Assembly (NCBI GenBank): GCA_951406725.2
Contig: OX597814.1
Location: 197,532,001-197,596,000 of the forward strand
DNA length: 64,000 bases
Direction: 5' to 3'
DNA from: Octopus vulgaris
Taxonomy: Eukaryota
Of the stretch, positions 25,723-38,775 are shown piece after piece. Positions within the stretch are counted from its first letter, which is position 1; each line of letters begins with the position of its first letter. A model generated the notes under the pieces. It saw only the letters and a list, made by a program, of their open reading frames with translations, did no database searches and was not told where the DNA came from. A program made the position numbers and the translations under genes.

Positions 25723-25911
25723 GTTGTATATATATATGTGTGTGTGTTTGTGTAATGAAGGAGGGAAACGGAAAATGGAGCTCACAGGAATCTTTGTTTA
25801 TCACAACGATCGTTTCGACCTATCTTGCATCGGTCCCTTCCACATGGGATACTGTAAAAGTGCTTGTGTTGCATCGTCCAGTGCAGCATGCATTTATTCA
25901 GGTCCTTTGTT

Positions 25912-26188
25912 ACGCTAAGTTACGGAGACGTAAACACACCACCATCGGTTGTCAAGCGATGTTGGGAGGACAAACACAGACACATAAACATATACATACA
26001 CATACATATATATAGATATATACCACGGGCTTCTTTCAGTTTCCGTCTACCAAATCCACTCAAAAGGTTTTGGTCGACCCGAGGCTATAGTAGAAGACAC
26101 TTGCCCAAGGTGCCACGCAGTGGGACTGAAACCCGGAACCATGTGGTTGGTAAGCAAGCTATTTACCACACAACCATCCCTACGCCTA
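25912..26188 (-). mobile_element. SINE family A
   Basis: High similarity to 43268-43565. Confidence 0.92.
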
Positions 26189-27454
26189 TGTATATACATA
26201 TATGCCAAAACAGCATTCGGCAAAAGAGAGAGAGAGATAAGTATCAAGCTTTAAAACATTTGTACCGTTCTCGTTTAATACCAATAAAATTGGTTTAAGC
26301 AGTGGCCGTTGTCCAATGACCGTATCAAGTTAAAAAAAAGTGATGCTATGCTATAAAACATACCTGTAGATTGTTAGACAAAATATGCATAGATAGATGT
26401 AAATACCTTGGTTTTATATATTAAACTCCTGTAGTTTCAAGATTGGGGATCATGCGATTATTATTTATGATGTTACCCAAGACGTTTCCTCAAGTCATCA
26501 TCTCAGCAAGCTAATTATTCCGCATTGAAATTGTTTGACAACACAAGCCACTGTTTACTGTCTCAAAATATTATTTTAGATCCAATTATAAGAATAACGT
26601 TCTTGATAAAATAATATGAAAGACTTTACAAAACTGTATAGTTTACATTCTGAAGAATTATAGCTACTCAAACGCTGAATTTAAATTGTATTTTTAAACA
26701 TATCTCTAAGTGTTGTGTGTATGTGTGTGTGTGTATGTGTGTGTCTCCTTTATATGGGTGCATAACCTCTAACCATATGTATCTTTATTGTATATTAAAT
26801 GTCATATCATTCATACAAATTTAAGTGTATTTTCAAGTACTTTTAACATTTATACTTGTTTAACTCTTTATCCGATATAATATATACGTATATTATTTTA
26901 AATGGTGCTTTACTATTAGTTTATGTGTGTATGTATATATATATACTTATGTGTATAAATGTATATATATTTATATATACATACATATATATGGAGAGTA
27001 TAGATTTATAAAAGTACTTATTTGTGTATATATGTATGTATATTTATACATACATATATATATGGAGAGTATAGATTTATAAAAGTACTTGTTTATATCT
27101 GTATATGTATATATATATATGTGTATGTATGCATAACTACTTTCATAGACGTATATGTGTGTTCGGATAGGTGCGTGGGGAGCTTGTGCATGGTTTTAGT
27201 GAAACATTTTAGAGAAAAAATATCTATCTGTATAAAGATATAGATAGATAAATAGGTGCATTGGTGTGTAGGCATATAGATTGATATAAAAATAAATGTG
27301 TATGATGAGGAGGTTCTCTGTGAGTGAGTTTTGTGTCTGTGCCTGTGTAGGAATATGTATTCTATATAGTTCATGAATTTATAAATCGTAGATAAAAAAA
27401 AATTTATATATTTATTTGAAAAACTATATTATATGGAAACAATTTTTAAAATAG

Positions 27455-28830
27455 TGCGACGCAGAACAAAACACAAAAGGCAACAAGGTTTGGCTTTACT
27501 TAATGTAAATCACGTGACATACACTTTATTTTTCCGTGTTTAAAAAAGATGAAAAGCAGCAGAATAAAGAAATAGTTTCTTCGATTTAGAGGGAAAAATG
27601 AAGAAAGAAAGAAATTTCTCTCCTTCTTTGAATTGAATGTCTCTCCTTCTTGAACTGAATATCTGTATATAAAGCATACATTTACAAAATTGCTTTTTCC
27701 TCTTAGGATTGGTTTAGGGCTAAATGTGGGATATTGTCATGGAATAACTGGGAAACTATGAATTTGCTGACGTACATCTTTTCATTAAAAAATGTTATCG
27801 TCATGTATCTCACGCACACACATCAACGAACAAATGTACCGAAAATGGAACACAAATATACTCATAAATACCGACTTACACTCGTACATACACACACATA
27901 CCTTCACAGTAACACAAATGCAAAATATATCACATCAGTGAGTTTCAGAAAGTGTGTGTATGTCTATATGTGTCTATATATTCATCTGTATGTATGCATG
28001 AACGTATATGTGTTTCTGTGTATCATATTTGTGTTTGCGTGTACATTTTGACAACCAGAATACGAAGAAAGCATTTATTTTTTCTTTCTACGAAACATGG
28101 TTTGTTTTCTTTTGCTCCAAATTAGAATGACGTGTAAGATATTTTTGTAGATAGGTAATAAATATATATGAATATTTTACATAAGAAAGGATATATTATT
28201 AACCACTTGGACGTGACATAAAAATACATCCAGATGTAATGGAATGCATCTAATTTCTCTCAGAGAAAAATGGAATCGTTGAAATCTAATTAGATTGCAT
28301 AAATTGCGGTTACTTGTACTATTTCCATTCACGAAGTCAAGCGTTTCCAAAAAGACATCGACGGTTCCACACACAACTCCATCTAAAATGAACGCTTTTA
28401 TCTAAAACTACAAGACGCCATTAGTGTTTTAGTAATTCTCAATACATCCATTCCTTTCGCTGTCTTTTGCCCACAATCAGGACATGAATTATTATTTCTA
28501 ATGATCTCTATGTCATTATCATCCATTGAATCTACGTCTATATCATTACTGCCATGTAAATAGTCACACATATATATCATTAACTAAAGAATATCACATC
28601 ACGGTAAATGCTTGTCACGTTTCGTTCAGGTAGATGCCCAATCAATATTAAAAAATGTCCCCTTTTTTTTTCTTAGTTGTTTATGGATGTGGCTCGTTCT
28701 ATGCTATCATCTCTCTCACCCATTCTCTTTCTCACATTCTAAACTCACCTGCGCTCTCCAGCTTCGAGTGTAATACCAAAATGCTTTCATAAAATATTCT
28801 TTCTGCTGGTTTGCTCAAGTAAATCACATT
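27455..28830 (+). pseudogene. Cys-loop subunit pseudogene P6 (extracellular domain to MX)
   Basis: CDAE (27455), LSWN...KNV (27734-), HGLFSFAP/IRMTCKI (about 28097-28142), TTWT (28202-28213), EKW (28265-28273), PQSGHE (28471-) and HLRSPASSVIPKCFHKIFFL (28746-28805; cf. HHRSPxTHxMPxWVRKVFL). Confidence 0.7.
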
Positions 28831-29103
28831 ATCATATGAATATATGATATAGATAAAAGGATAATTGAGACTCAAACTGTATTGTCAGCAATCTGTATGT
28901 ATGTATGTATGTATGTATGTATGAAAAGAAAGAGCCGGTTTCTAACCAAGATCCAAGGCTCTCTCAGTGGAATTTCAACATCATGTGCATGCATGTGTGT
29001 ATGTGTGCAGTGTTAGGAATTGGTGCATGTGCAGATTTGTATGCTTTGTCTCATATGTGTATTCTTATCCATATAGTTGCATGTCTAGACATGCATATAT
29101 ATA

Positions 29104-29507
29104 TATTTCTTTACTACCCACAAGGGGCTAAACACAGAGGGGAGAAACAAGGACAGACAAACGGATTAAGTCGATTACATCGACCCCAGTGTGTAACTGG
29201 TACTTAATTTATAGACCCCGAAAGGATGAAAGGCAAAGTCGACCTCGGCGGAATTTGAACTCAAAACGTAACGGCAGACGTTTGTCTGTCCTTGTTTCTC
29301 CCCTCTGTGTTTAGCCCCTTGTGGGTAGTAAAGAAATAGGTATTTCTTCTATCTTCACGTTCTGAGTTCAAATTCCGCCGCTGTCAACTTTGCCTTTCAT
29401 CCTTTCGAGGTCGATAAATTAAGTACCAGTTGCGTATTGGAGTCGATCTAATCGACTGGCCCCCTCCCCAAAAATTTCGGGCCTTGTGCCTAGTGTAGAA
29501 AAGAATA
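29104..29507. mobile_element. SINE family B dimer with inverted 5' part
   Basis: 29104-29280 is minus, 29279-29507 is plus. Perfect 60-bp inverted repeat 29104-29163 / 29279-29338. Confidence 0.92.
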
Positions 29508-29509
29508 AA

Positions 29510-30110
29510 TGTTCTCTTTTTCATGGACTTTTGATTGTACAATCACATCCACTGGGCCACTGACCTCTACAACTGTGCAGACTTTTGTCCCTTTTTCCAC
29601 TGTACAATATCAGGTCTGTTATGTTTGCACTGAATTGCTTTTTTTATTAGGGTGTTCAGCCACTATTCCTTATTTGTATGTATGTATGTATGCATGCATA
29701 TATTAATATAGTGGCATATCTTGTGTGTACAGCTAGAAGTTGGTCAGCTGCTGCCGAATTAAGTACCCCTTCCCACCGAAGATTATCATCATCCAGTTTG
29801 CTTCAAGTAAATTGGTGTGGTTACTGTACTTCTTGGTATTACGGGTTCTGGTATACAGAGCAAACTTATATAAACTTGTGCGTATCATAATTTCGAATGT
29901 GTGTGTGTGTGTAACTCTTATCACTTCGTATTTATGTTATGGTCATTTGAATTAACCTTACCATCTTATTTCTTTTACCTCTCAACATCGCCACCCCCGC
30001 CCTCCAAGTTATGAATATAAATGTAACTGTAACTTCTATAATATAGAAAAGTTTTACGCGCTAATCTCCAACACTTCGCTCAATAATATCCTGGATATCA
30101 ATCGATGAAC
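29510..30110 (+). pseudogene. Cys-loop subunit pseudogene remnant P7
   Basis: FSWTFD (29518-, cf. GSWTYD), VSCCRIKYP (29743-, loop C-like) and LTILFLLP (29957-). Spacing is looser than in other copies. Confidence 0.35.
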
Positions 30111-30533
30111 TCACAGACATATATACGAGGTACATAAACAGCCATCACCTGCTTCTCTTTCACTGATATATGAATCACTACTATCTCATATTCTACAATC
30201 ACCTGTAGGACTAATTTTACCTGCAGCTTATCTTTTTCAGAACGTGGACATAAGCAAAACAATCTCATACATTAAAAATTCCTTTAAAAAAATTCTATAA
30301 TTTCTGCTCTGCGATATTACAGAAATTTACAGAAATAGTAACGCTACATCGAAATATATGTTTATATATTATTATATATTATAATATTGTCGATTTTTTT
30401 ATTGATTTCTTTTTGGTTTTTATGCTTGTATTATCATTTTATTTTTCTGAGAATATTACTAGTTGATAACGACGTTTATGTCGTTTCAGTGTTTATTTGC
30501 TTATTAGTATTCTCTCTCGCCTGTCTTCATCTT

Positions 30534-30582
<49 letters not shown>

Positions 30583-30586
<4 letters not shown>

Positions 30587-30775
30587 ATCCAAACAAGAAA
30601 ACACAGCAACGCGAGGACGTGGAACAAATAAAGTATTATTGGACGCTCAGGAAAGAAGGGAAGGAGGGTTTAACGTTTCGAGCGGAGCTCTTCGTCGGAA
30701 ACAAAGAAGAAGGAAAGATCCCGAGAAGGGAAGACAGAGGGAAAAAAATTGCAGGCGGTGCTCACGAGGTCACAT
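30583..30775 (-). mobile_element. Penelope-type terminal repeat with minimal hammerhead motif, inserted in (TA)n
   Basis: Minus strand 30702-30668: GUUU-CCGACGA-A-GAGC-UCC-GCUC-GAAAC-GUU-AAAC. Confidence 0.6.
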
Positions 30776-30778
30776 GTG

Positions 30779-30826
<48 letters not shown>

Positions 30827-30827
<1 letters not shown>

Positions 30828-31227
30828 TAGCAGTATCGCCCGGCGTTGCTCGGGTTTGTAAGGGAAATAACTATATAAGCATTTTTAGAGAGTTATAGCC
30901 AAAAAATAGCAAAATAAATGCATTAAAAATGGAAAAAAAAATTATGGTAAATTTTTTTTTAATCGTTGACTCATCGTAGACATTTTTAGAGAGTTACTTC
31001 CCTTATATAATAGCGAAAAAAATGATTAAAATGGAAAAAAATGATGGTAAATTTTTTTTTTTAAATCGTAGACTCATCATAGACGCGCGCTAATACCCAG
31101 AAGGGCTCGATATGAATCACGATTATAAGATACCCGGTTTTGGTTAAACTGCACCGCAAAATGTGGGAATAGTTAGGAATCTAAATCGAAGGAGAAAGAC
31201 ACACAACTTGACTTTTATATATAAAGA
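30827..31227 (-). mobile_element. Non-autonomous Helitron (family H2) with internal ~100-bp duplication
   Basis: Starts A|TCTTTATATATAAAA, ends cccgagcaacgccgggcgatactgCTAG|T. The block catttttagagagtta...gactcatc occurs twice. Confidence 0.85.
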
Positions 31228-31236
31228 TATATACGA

Positions 31237-31278
<42 letters not shown>

Positions 31279-31369
31279 CCTGCAGTTGCTTACGGACCAC
31301 ATGCTTCCGGGTTCAAAGCCTAAGGCAACTTCATGAAGATGTTAACATGTTCAAACCGCATTTACTCTG

Positions 31370-32062
31370 AAGAAGTCGATCATACAGCCCGTGGCCGGAT
31401 CCTACCTGCAGCAATGCTTGGTTCAGCACCCGGCTCAATTTTATCTAAACAAAATATTTTTTCTCTCTTTAAAATATTCTTTAAAATATATATGGCTAGC
31501 ATGTATTTGAAGCTGGAAAGTGAAGAGTGTTGTGATTACCAACGCTTCTGATTCGTCCAATCAATGCATCTTACCGAACTTCCTTTTTATCTAAGTCATT
31601 TGAAAAGGAGCCTATGGATTTGTATATTAAAGGTGTGACCTATTTCCCCTTCCCTTTGCCTATGCACGTCATACCAAACCGTAGTTTAATTTTACAAATA
31701 TACGCACTCGTTTCGCCAAATAAATTTCTGTCAAAGCTTTCTAAAACTTTATGTCAAACATTGGTCCCCTAGAGCTTTATACATGCATTTTGACATTTTT
31801 CTGTTCTCATTCAAGGAACTGCTACTGAATAGAACTGTATACTATGTAAATAAGGTTTTTGTCTTACAGACTTTGCACGCAACTCCTATTCTTTCCCTTA
31901 TTTGTTGTTACTAAATTTGTTATAATGTATATTGACCCCTTTATCATTTACGTTCGCATACATTGTACATAGGATTTTAGAAATAACTGTTCTTAAGCGG
32001 GCCGCGAAATTTAGTTTATACTTTTAGTTCACCCGCAAAGCCAAATGGAGGTTCCACACATC
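31370..32062. mobile_element. Possible old hAT-type non-autonomous element
   Basis: GC-rich subterminal motifs cagcccgtggccggatcc (31384-) and gcgggccgcg...cacccgc...gaggttccacac (31997-32059). No clean TIR or TSD. Confidence 0.3.
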
Positions 32063-32906
32063 CATCTTATTCCATTTACTATGCAAGATGCTTACTGATG
32101 CAGCATCACAAATACCACAGCAAGAAGCTAATACGAGAACAACAAACTCCTTCGTTCACGAAACAATTCAACAAATAGAAATCTCAGATCAAAAGCTGTA
32201 GCAACGTTGACGCTCTCAACGAACAGGGCCAGAACTAACTGAAATATGCCAGTAATAGATAAAAAGACTAAAGGATAAAATTATATCCAATTTTAACTCT
32301 AACCTAAACTAAACTTCGTTTGATAACCTTCTTTTTAAAGCTGTATATTTTACTCTTAATAAAAATTGGAATATTAGATAGAACGCACTGAAAATACCAA
32401 TCTCGTTCATTTTATCATAAGATGAAAAACATCTATATTCGTTTCATATTTCTGAAGATATTTGTTGCTGCTCAGTTACAAAGGCATTACTATAGAACAG
32501 TATTTGAATAGGAAAAATCAGTATAAATATTTCTCGTTAAGAAAACCAGATTTTTATGTCTAGATATCATTTTACGTATGTATTTTCATCAGTATGTGTT
32601 TGGGCTTGTGTGTGTGTAAGTGGAGTGTCTGCGTAAATCCGAATATACAGTAATTCAAAATGTATAGACACGCGTACATAATTATAAGACGTTTTCGTAT
32701 ATACATATGTCCCAACAAACATAAATACATTTGTGTGTGTGAGAGAGAGAGAGAGATTAATGAAATAGTAAAGGTGAGAGCCAGTTATATTTACTTATGC
32801 AGAAAATATATTTGTTCTGGTGTATAACACACACACACACACAGATGCACAGGCATCCATAAACACATATACACTAACAATCACACGTATACACGTATGT
32901 ATGCAT

Positions 32907-32965
<59 letters not shown>

Positions 32966-33099
32966 TATATATATAAAACTCATATGCATGTATGTGAATG
33001 TAGGTGTATATTTTTGTATATATGTATATGGATGTACAAAAACACAAACACACACTTACATACATACATATATATATATGTATATGTATATACATATAC

Positions 33100-33151
<52 letters not shown>

Positions 33152-33979
33152 TGGTTTATGTATTCACTGCAGAACTGAAAACCAAACAAGGATACAAGGA
33201 TTGAACATCGTGAAATGTGAATGAAATAGTGAGAGAATGAATTTCCAATGGACCATATAACGAAGGAGTATTTAGCTCGTTGAATGTCTTCCGTTACAAA
33301 GAAGATTCTTCCTACTTTTGTTTGCTCTGGCGGAAAGCTACTCGTCATCACTGAAGCAATACATAGCACTCGGTCACTAGGGTGAGAGAAATGTATGGCA
33401 GTTTGTGTATGCGCGTGTGAGTACACATCTAGGTACGTGTATATATATATATACACACACCACACAGAAACGCGCCAACACAAGCACATACATACATACA
33501 TACATACATACATACATACATACATACATACATACATACATACATACATACATGTGTGTGTGTTTGGTTACTCAGACAGGAGAAATATAACTCAAAGCTT
33601 GAGTATATGTATATATATATTTTTTTATTTATTATTGCCAGATATTGCAGAGTGACTCAAGAGCCGAGAATTTCGTGTGTTGGCATTTCAGTCGCTCTGT
33701 AACTTTGGCTAGTAATTTGTAGTGTGTAAATATAGACAGATAGATTGACAGACAGACAGACAGACAGATAGAAGTTTTTAAAAGTGAGCACTCTGTGACT
33801 TCCGTGTGACTTCCGCGGTCATTTGACTTCTATCTCTAGCAAAGCTGATTCTATTCCAGTACCACCATATATTTTTAACTTGCCTGCACTGTTCACGCTT
33901 TGAATAGCTATTAATACTATTAATTTTATCATTATTTATATATATATACATATAAATATATATATATACATATATATAC

Positions 33980-34020
<41 letters not shown>

Positions 34021-34247
34021 AGTAATACTAAGCAATTAAGGGTTTAGCAACGAATTGCCTTACCACACACCGAATTTAGAAATAGCAGTCAAAGAGATAT
34101 AGCTATTCCTTCTACTAAAAGGGAGATCTCAGTAAAAACACAGCACTATATATATATATATATATGTATATATACACATACAAATATATTATTAATAATA
34201 TACATATCTATATATATATAATTATATTAATAATATGTGTGTGTGTG

Positions 34248-34650
34248 TGCAGATGTGGCTGTGTACTAAGAAGTTTACTTACCAAGCACATGGTTTTGGA
34301 ATCAGTCCCCCGGTGCAGCACCTTGGGCAAATTTCTCCTACTATAACCCGTGCCGACTGAAACTTGGTGAATAGATTTGATAGATGGAAACTGTAAGAAG
34401 CCTGTCAATAAAATGTATATGTGTGTGAATGTGCCTGTGTGTTTGTTTGTGTGTCTTTGTGTTTGTGTCTGCCCCCAAACAACACTTGACAACTGGTGTT
34501 GGTGTGTTTACGTCCCCCTGATCACACTGATTGGTAAGAGGCTAAAAAGAAATAAAAACTATTTACTTGGACCTATTCCTTCGACTGAAATCAATAATGA
34601 CAATACGCCCTGGCACGGCCGTAGCCAAACGGCTGAAATAAGTAAAAGGA
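34248..34650 (+). mobile_element. SINE family A, diverged full length
   Basis: gtggctgtg...caccttgggcaaat...cacggccgtagccaaacggctgaaataagtaaaag. Confidence 0.85.
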
Positions 34651-34829
34651 ACAACAAATGTGTGTGTGTGTGTGTGTGATTATTTGAAGATTGAAACTGA
34701 GCAAAAAATAGGATCGCACGTTTTGAAGCTTCATCTTCCAATAAAAGAATTAACTCTACAGTCTGTGTTGAGCACACTCTTTTCTTTCCCTTGTTTACGA
34801 TTGAGCACCTAGTTGTATATACGTACGTA

Positions 34830-34863
<34 letters not shown>

Positions 34864-34910
34864 CACACACACATATATATATATACACACACACATATAT
34901 ATATATATAC

Positions 34911-34942
<32 letters not shown>

Positions 34943-35379
34943 GTGAGAACAAATATATGGATGTAAATATTTGCGACATATATACATGTATGAGTGTGTG
35001 TCTAATGTGAGAGGGAGTAAAGTATAAAAGACTCATGTTTCTTCCTTTCCCAAATTTCGTCATTGATTTCTTTGTACTGTTACTATTTCAATTATGAATT
35101 CTATTATTTTTATTATTATTATTATCATTATTATTATTATTACTACTACTACTATTTTTATTATCATTATTTTTAGCGCTGCTTTTGTTGTTGTTGTTAG
35201 TATTACTTATGATGCTAAAGCCCACGTTATTGTTACTTTTTTTTCTATTCCCTTGTTGTTGTTGCTGTTTCGTGTGTTATCACAGTTTTTCATACAAAGA
35301 ACCTATAGAAAATAATCAATACTTTCATTTTTTTAAATGTATAATGTTTATATTGAGTGTGTATGTGTAAGTGAGCATA

Positions 35380-35387
35380 TACATATG

Positions 35388-35428
<41 letters not shown>

Positions 35429-35548
35429 GTAGAGAGAGAGAGAGAGAGAGAATATATATATACACACACACACATATATATATATATATAAATATATATA
35501 TAACAAATATATGATATAATATATTATATATATATATATATATATACA

Positions 35549-35587
<39 letters not shown>

Positions 35588-36067
35588 TATCTATATACAC
35601 ACACACACACATATATATACACATTTCTATATATTTATATACATACACATATCTATATATTCATATATACATATCCATATATTCATATATACATATCCAT
35701 ATATTTATATATATACATACAGATATCCATATATTTATTTATATATACATACATATCTATATATTTATATATATATCTATATTCACATACATATTTATAT
35801 TATAACATATAAATACATATATTTATATATATATATATATATACATACATATCTATATATTCATATATATATATATATATTCACATACATATTTATATAA
35901 CATATAAATATATATACGTAACAATATTAATATCGATATAAATATATATACGTAACAATATTAATATCGATATAAATATATATACGTAACAATATTAATA
36001 TAGATATAAATATATATACGTAACAATATTAATATAGATATAAATATGTATATATACGTAACAATAT

Positions 36068-36107
<40 letters not shown>

Positions 36108-36117
36108 GTAACATTAT

Positions 36118-36151
<34 letters not shown>

Positions 36152-36220
36152 CAATATTAATATAGATATAAATATATTTATATATATACGTAACAATATT
36201 GATATATATATATATATTTA
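35380..36220. repeat. TA-rich compound array including a 34-bp minisatellite (35905-36200)
   Basis: cgtaacaatattaatat recurs at 35917, 35951, 35985 and 36019, with variant units afterwards. Confidence 0.92.
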
Positions 36221-37444
36221 TACACGCACAGGTGTATAAATGTGTGTGTATGTGAATGCTTTCTTCAATCTATAGAATCACTAAGAACGTTCTATAATTA
36301 AGAAATATCATTGAGTTTAAAAGTCATAGTTCCTGAAACTCTATACAAGCTTTTTGTGTTATTATAACTCTGCACTCTCATTCGTTGGAAACAGAACAGA
36401 CATTTTCGTTGGACGCCATTTTCCACTTGCGTTTCATATCTACAATACACAGCAACAATCCGCAATGAAAAACTATTTCATAGACTTTTTAAATATCATG
36501 TTTAGGTAATCCTCTTATGGTTTCTTTGATTTTTTTTCCATCCTTTGTTGTTGTGCTTTCCTTTAGATTCGATTTAGATTTATCTCTCAGATACGTAGTT
36601 ATCTTCAGGATAGCTTAAAGGAAACTCGCAGTTTCGGATAATTTTAAATTTAGACGTCTTGAGACTTCTGAAAATTCTAGTCTACTTAACCACGCGAAGC
36701 CGATTATTATCTTCCGACGTTTACTTTCTGTTTCTTTGTATTTGCTATTAGTTCTAGCTTACGTGTGACATACTTTCAGTTTTGGTCTCTCGTTGATGAG
36801 GCCACGAATTTTGAGGAGCCTGAGTGGTTGATTGACCGAAGGATTAATTAACAAAATAGATTAATTAGTTCATTGGTGAAATAGTTAACCAGTTGACAAA
36901 TAAAAAGATAAAGAAATAGAACCAGCGAGTGTGTTCGTTATTGACATAATGACCCTCCCGAGACAAACAGAATATATCATAAAATCTCAGAAAAATACTA
37001 ATTTCTCAAAATAATAGCTCTTCGTTGTTTTGTTTCGTTTTTTGTTTATTTGTTATCTTTAGATTTACACTAGTACCGAAGAACTTGTTTTTTGGAATTT
37101 TCCCAAGTGGAATGGTTTCCGCTTATATACAAAACAAACCTAAAATGAAAAACTAGATTGGTTTTCATTTTAGGTTATTTAGCACAAATTTGAGTAAATT
37201 GCAAAATACCTGAAACACGTAAAACGATTTATATTTCTGACGTTATACAGATTCAATAAAAAAAAAGTTCCTTTCTTAGTAGATGCGACGAATATGAACG
37301 GAAAGCGATTATTACTTTCTATCATATAACAATGAAAATGGCCTTTCTAATTATCCGTTTGCAGACTTTCGCCGTAGAATAATATTGTCGGCGGCTCATG
37401 ATATCTACTTGGATTTAACTTTCTCTCGACATACATGATGTCAA

Positions 37445-37600
37445 AATAGCTGTGTGTTTAGAAGGCCGCGTTACAACGAGTGGGTTTCTGGTTCAGTCCC
37501 ACTGCGAAGCAGCTTGGGCAAGTGTCTTCATCTAACGTCCCAGACCGACCAATGTTTGTGAGCGCGTTTGGTAGACGGAAACTGAAAGTAGCCCGAGATA
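37445..37600 (+). mobile_element. SINE family A, 5' part
   Basis: ggttcagtcccactgc...ttgggcaagtgtcttc...ggtagacggaaactgaaag. Confidence 0.8.
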
Positions 37601-37622
37601 TATATATGTGTGTGTGTGTGTG

Positions 37623-37911
37623 TGTGGAGGCGCAATGGCCAAGTGGTTAGGGCAGCGGACTCGCGGTTTCGAGTCCCAGACTAGGTGTTGTGAGTGTTTA
37701 CTGAGATAAAAAAACCTAAAGCTCCACGGGGCTCAAGCAGGGGGTGGTGGCGATCCCTGCTGTACTCTTTCGCCACAACTTTCTCTCGCTCTTTCTTCTG
37801 TTGGCCTGCTCGCTTTGCCAGCGGGGTGGCGTCATTTGAAGGCTAAAACAATGCGAAGCGCATTGTAACCAGTGATGTGTAGCAACATCTGATAGCCTGG
37901 TCGGTCACGTG
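37623..37911 (+). mobile_element. SINE family C (body 1 + tail B)
   Basis: 5' ~180 bp like 11972; tail gcggggtggcgtcatttgaaggctaaaacaatgcgaagcgcattg. Confidence 0.9.
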
Positions 37912-37942
37912 TATATATATATATATATATATATACATATTG

Positions 37943-38080
37943 GAGGGAAACCACTATGTGGACACCCTTATGCTAGAAATAGATACGCTATGGTCTTACC
38001 ACTAAGAAATGTTCTCAAGAAAAATTTAGAGAACATTCTTGAGAACATTTCTTAGTGATCTATTTCTAGTGGTTTCCCTC
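37943..38080. repeat. Nested imperfect palindrome
   Basis: gagggaaaccacta / ctagaaatagat / cactaagaaatgttctcaagaa are mirrored at 38036-38080; perfect 22-bp inner stem. Confidence 0.85.
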
Positions 38081-38471
38081 TGCTATGTATATAATGCAAT
38101 TTTACTGAACCTTCAATTTTTTTATATGCTAGACCACTGGCGTGAAATCGATGTTAATTAAATTAATATCTAATTTCTCACCCTCATTTTAAATTTTTAC
38201 ATATACATACATATGAATGAATATATATGAATGAATTGCTATAATAAATCCATAAACACATATACAACAACCAAAGGTATATCTTTTTCGTCTGAAGATA
38301 TTATTCTCAGGTCGTATAAGTATAAGTTTAATATTTACAGAGCATTAATTGAAACAGCTGTGAGTGAAGATGATTAATTTGCTGTTAATAATAAACAGTT
38401 ATTAACTTCCCAATCTCTATTTTCTTTTTCTTCTTATATACATACATACAGAGAGAGAGAGATGTATAGAC

Positions 38472-38775
38472 AGTGGCCATGCTGGGGCATCGCTTGAAAG
38501 AGTTTAATGAAACTACTTATTCTTAATTTTGGTACTTATCCTATCTGTCTTTTTGCCGAACCTCTAACCGACGCAAACGTAAACATACCAACACCGGTTG
38601 TCAACTGATGGAGTGGGGACAAAGACGCACAGACGACGAGATTCCACACAGTTTCCGTCTACCAAATTTACTGACAAGGTATTGATCGGCCTGGATCTAT
38701 AGTAGAAGAGACCTGCCCAACATGCCGCTCAGTGGAACTGGACTAGACTGGACTGGCTGCCACACGGCTGCAAAG
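38472..38775 (-). mobile_element. SINE family A, diverged
   Basis: gtggccatgctgggg...gtttccgtctaccaaa...cagtggaactg. Confidence 0.82.

Larger units (their letters stand above)
32410..36770 (+). pseudogene. Cys-loop subunit pseudogene P8, fragmented by microsatellites
   Basis: DEKHLY (about 32421), MNFQWT (33237-), YC-QILQSDSRAENFV-C = C-x13-C (33636-33680), VIVPETL (36323-), VGNR, PSFVVVL and IIIFRRLL...LLLVLAYV* (about 36703-36768). Short M3-M4 interval. Confidence 0.45.

Noticed and set aside
25912-26335. Twin-priming inversion of a family A SINE
   Set aside because: The breakpoints are complementary, but the + strand 3' piece (26212-26335) is much more diverged than the minus-strand piece, so they are probably independent insertions.
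28398-28580. Minus-strand ORF with CPDC motif
   Set aside because: Antisense to the M1-M2 region of P6; no splice or homology support.
31510-31580. DY...LIRPINAS as another receptor N-terminus
   Set aside because: Needs a frameshift, has no downstream motifs in order, and lies within a possible hAT-type element.
35905-36200. CRISPR-like periodic repeat
   Set aside because: No unique spacers, eukaryotic context and no cas genes; it is a minisatellite.
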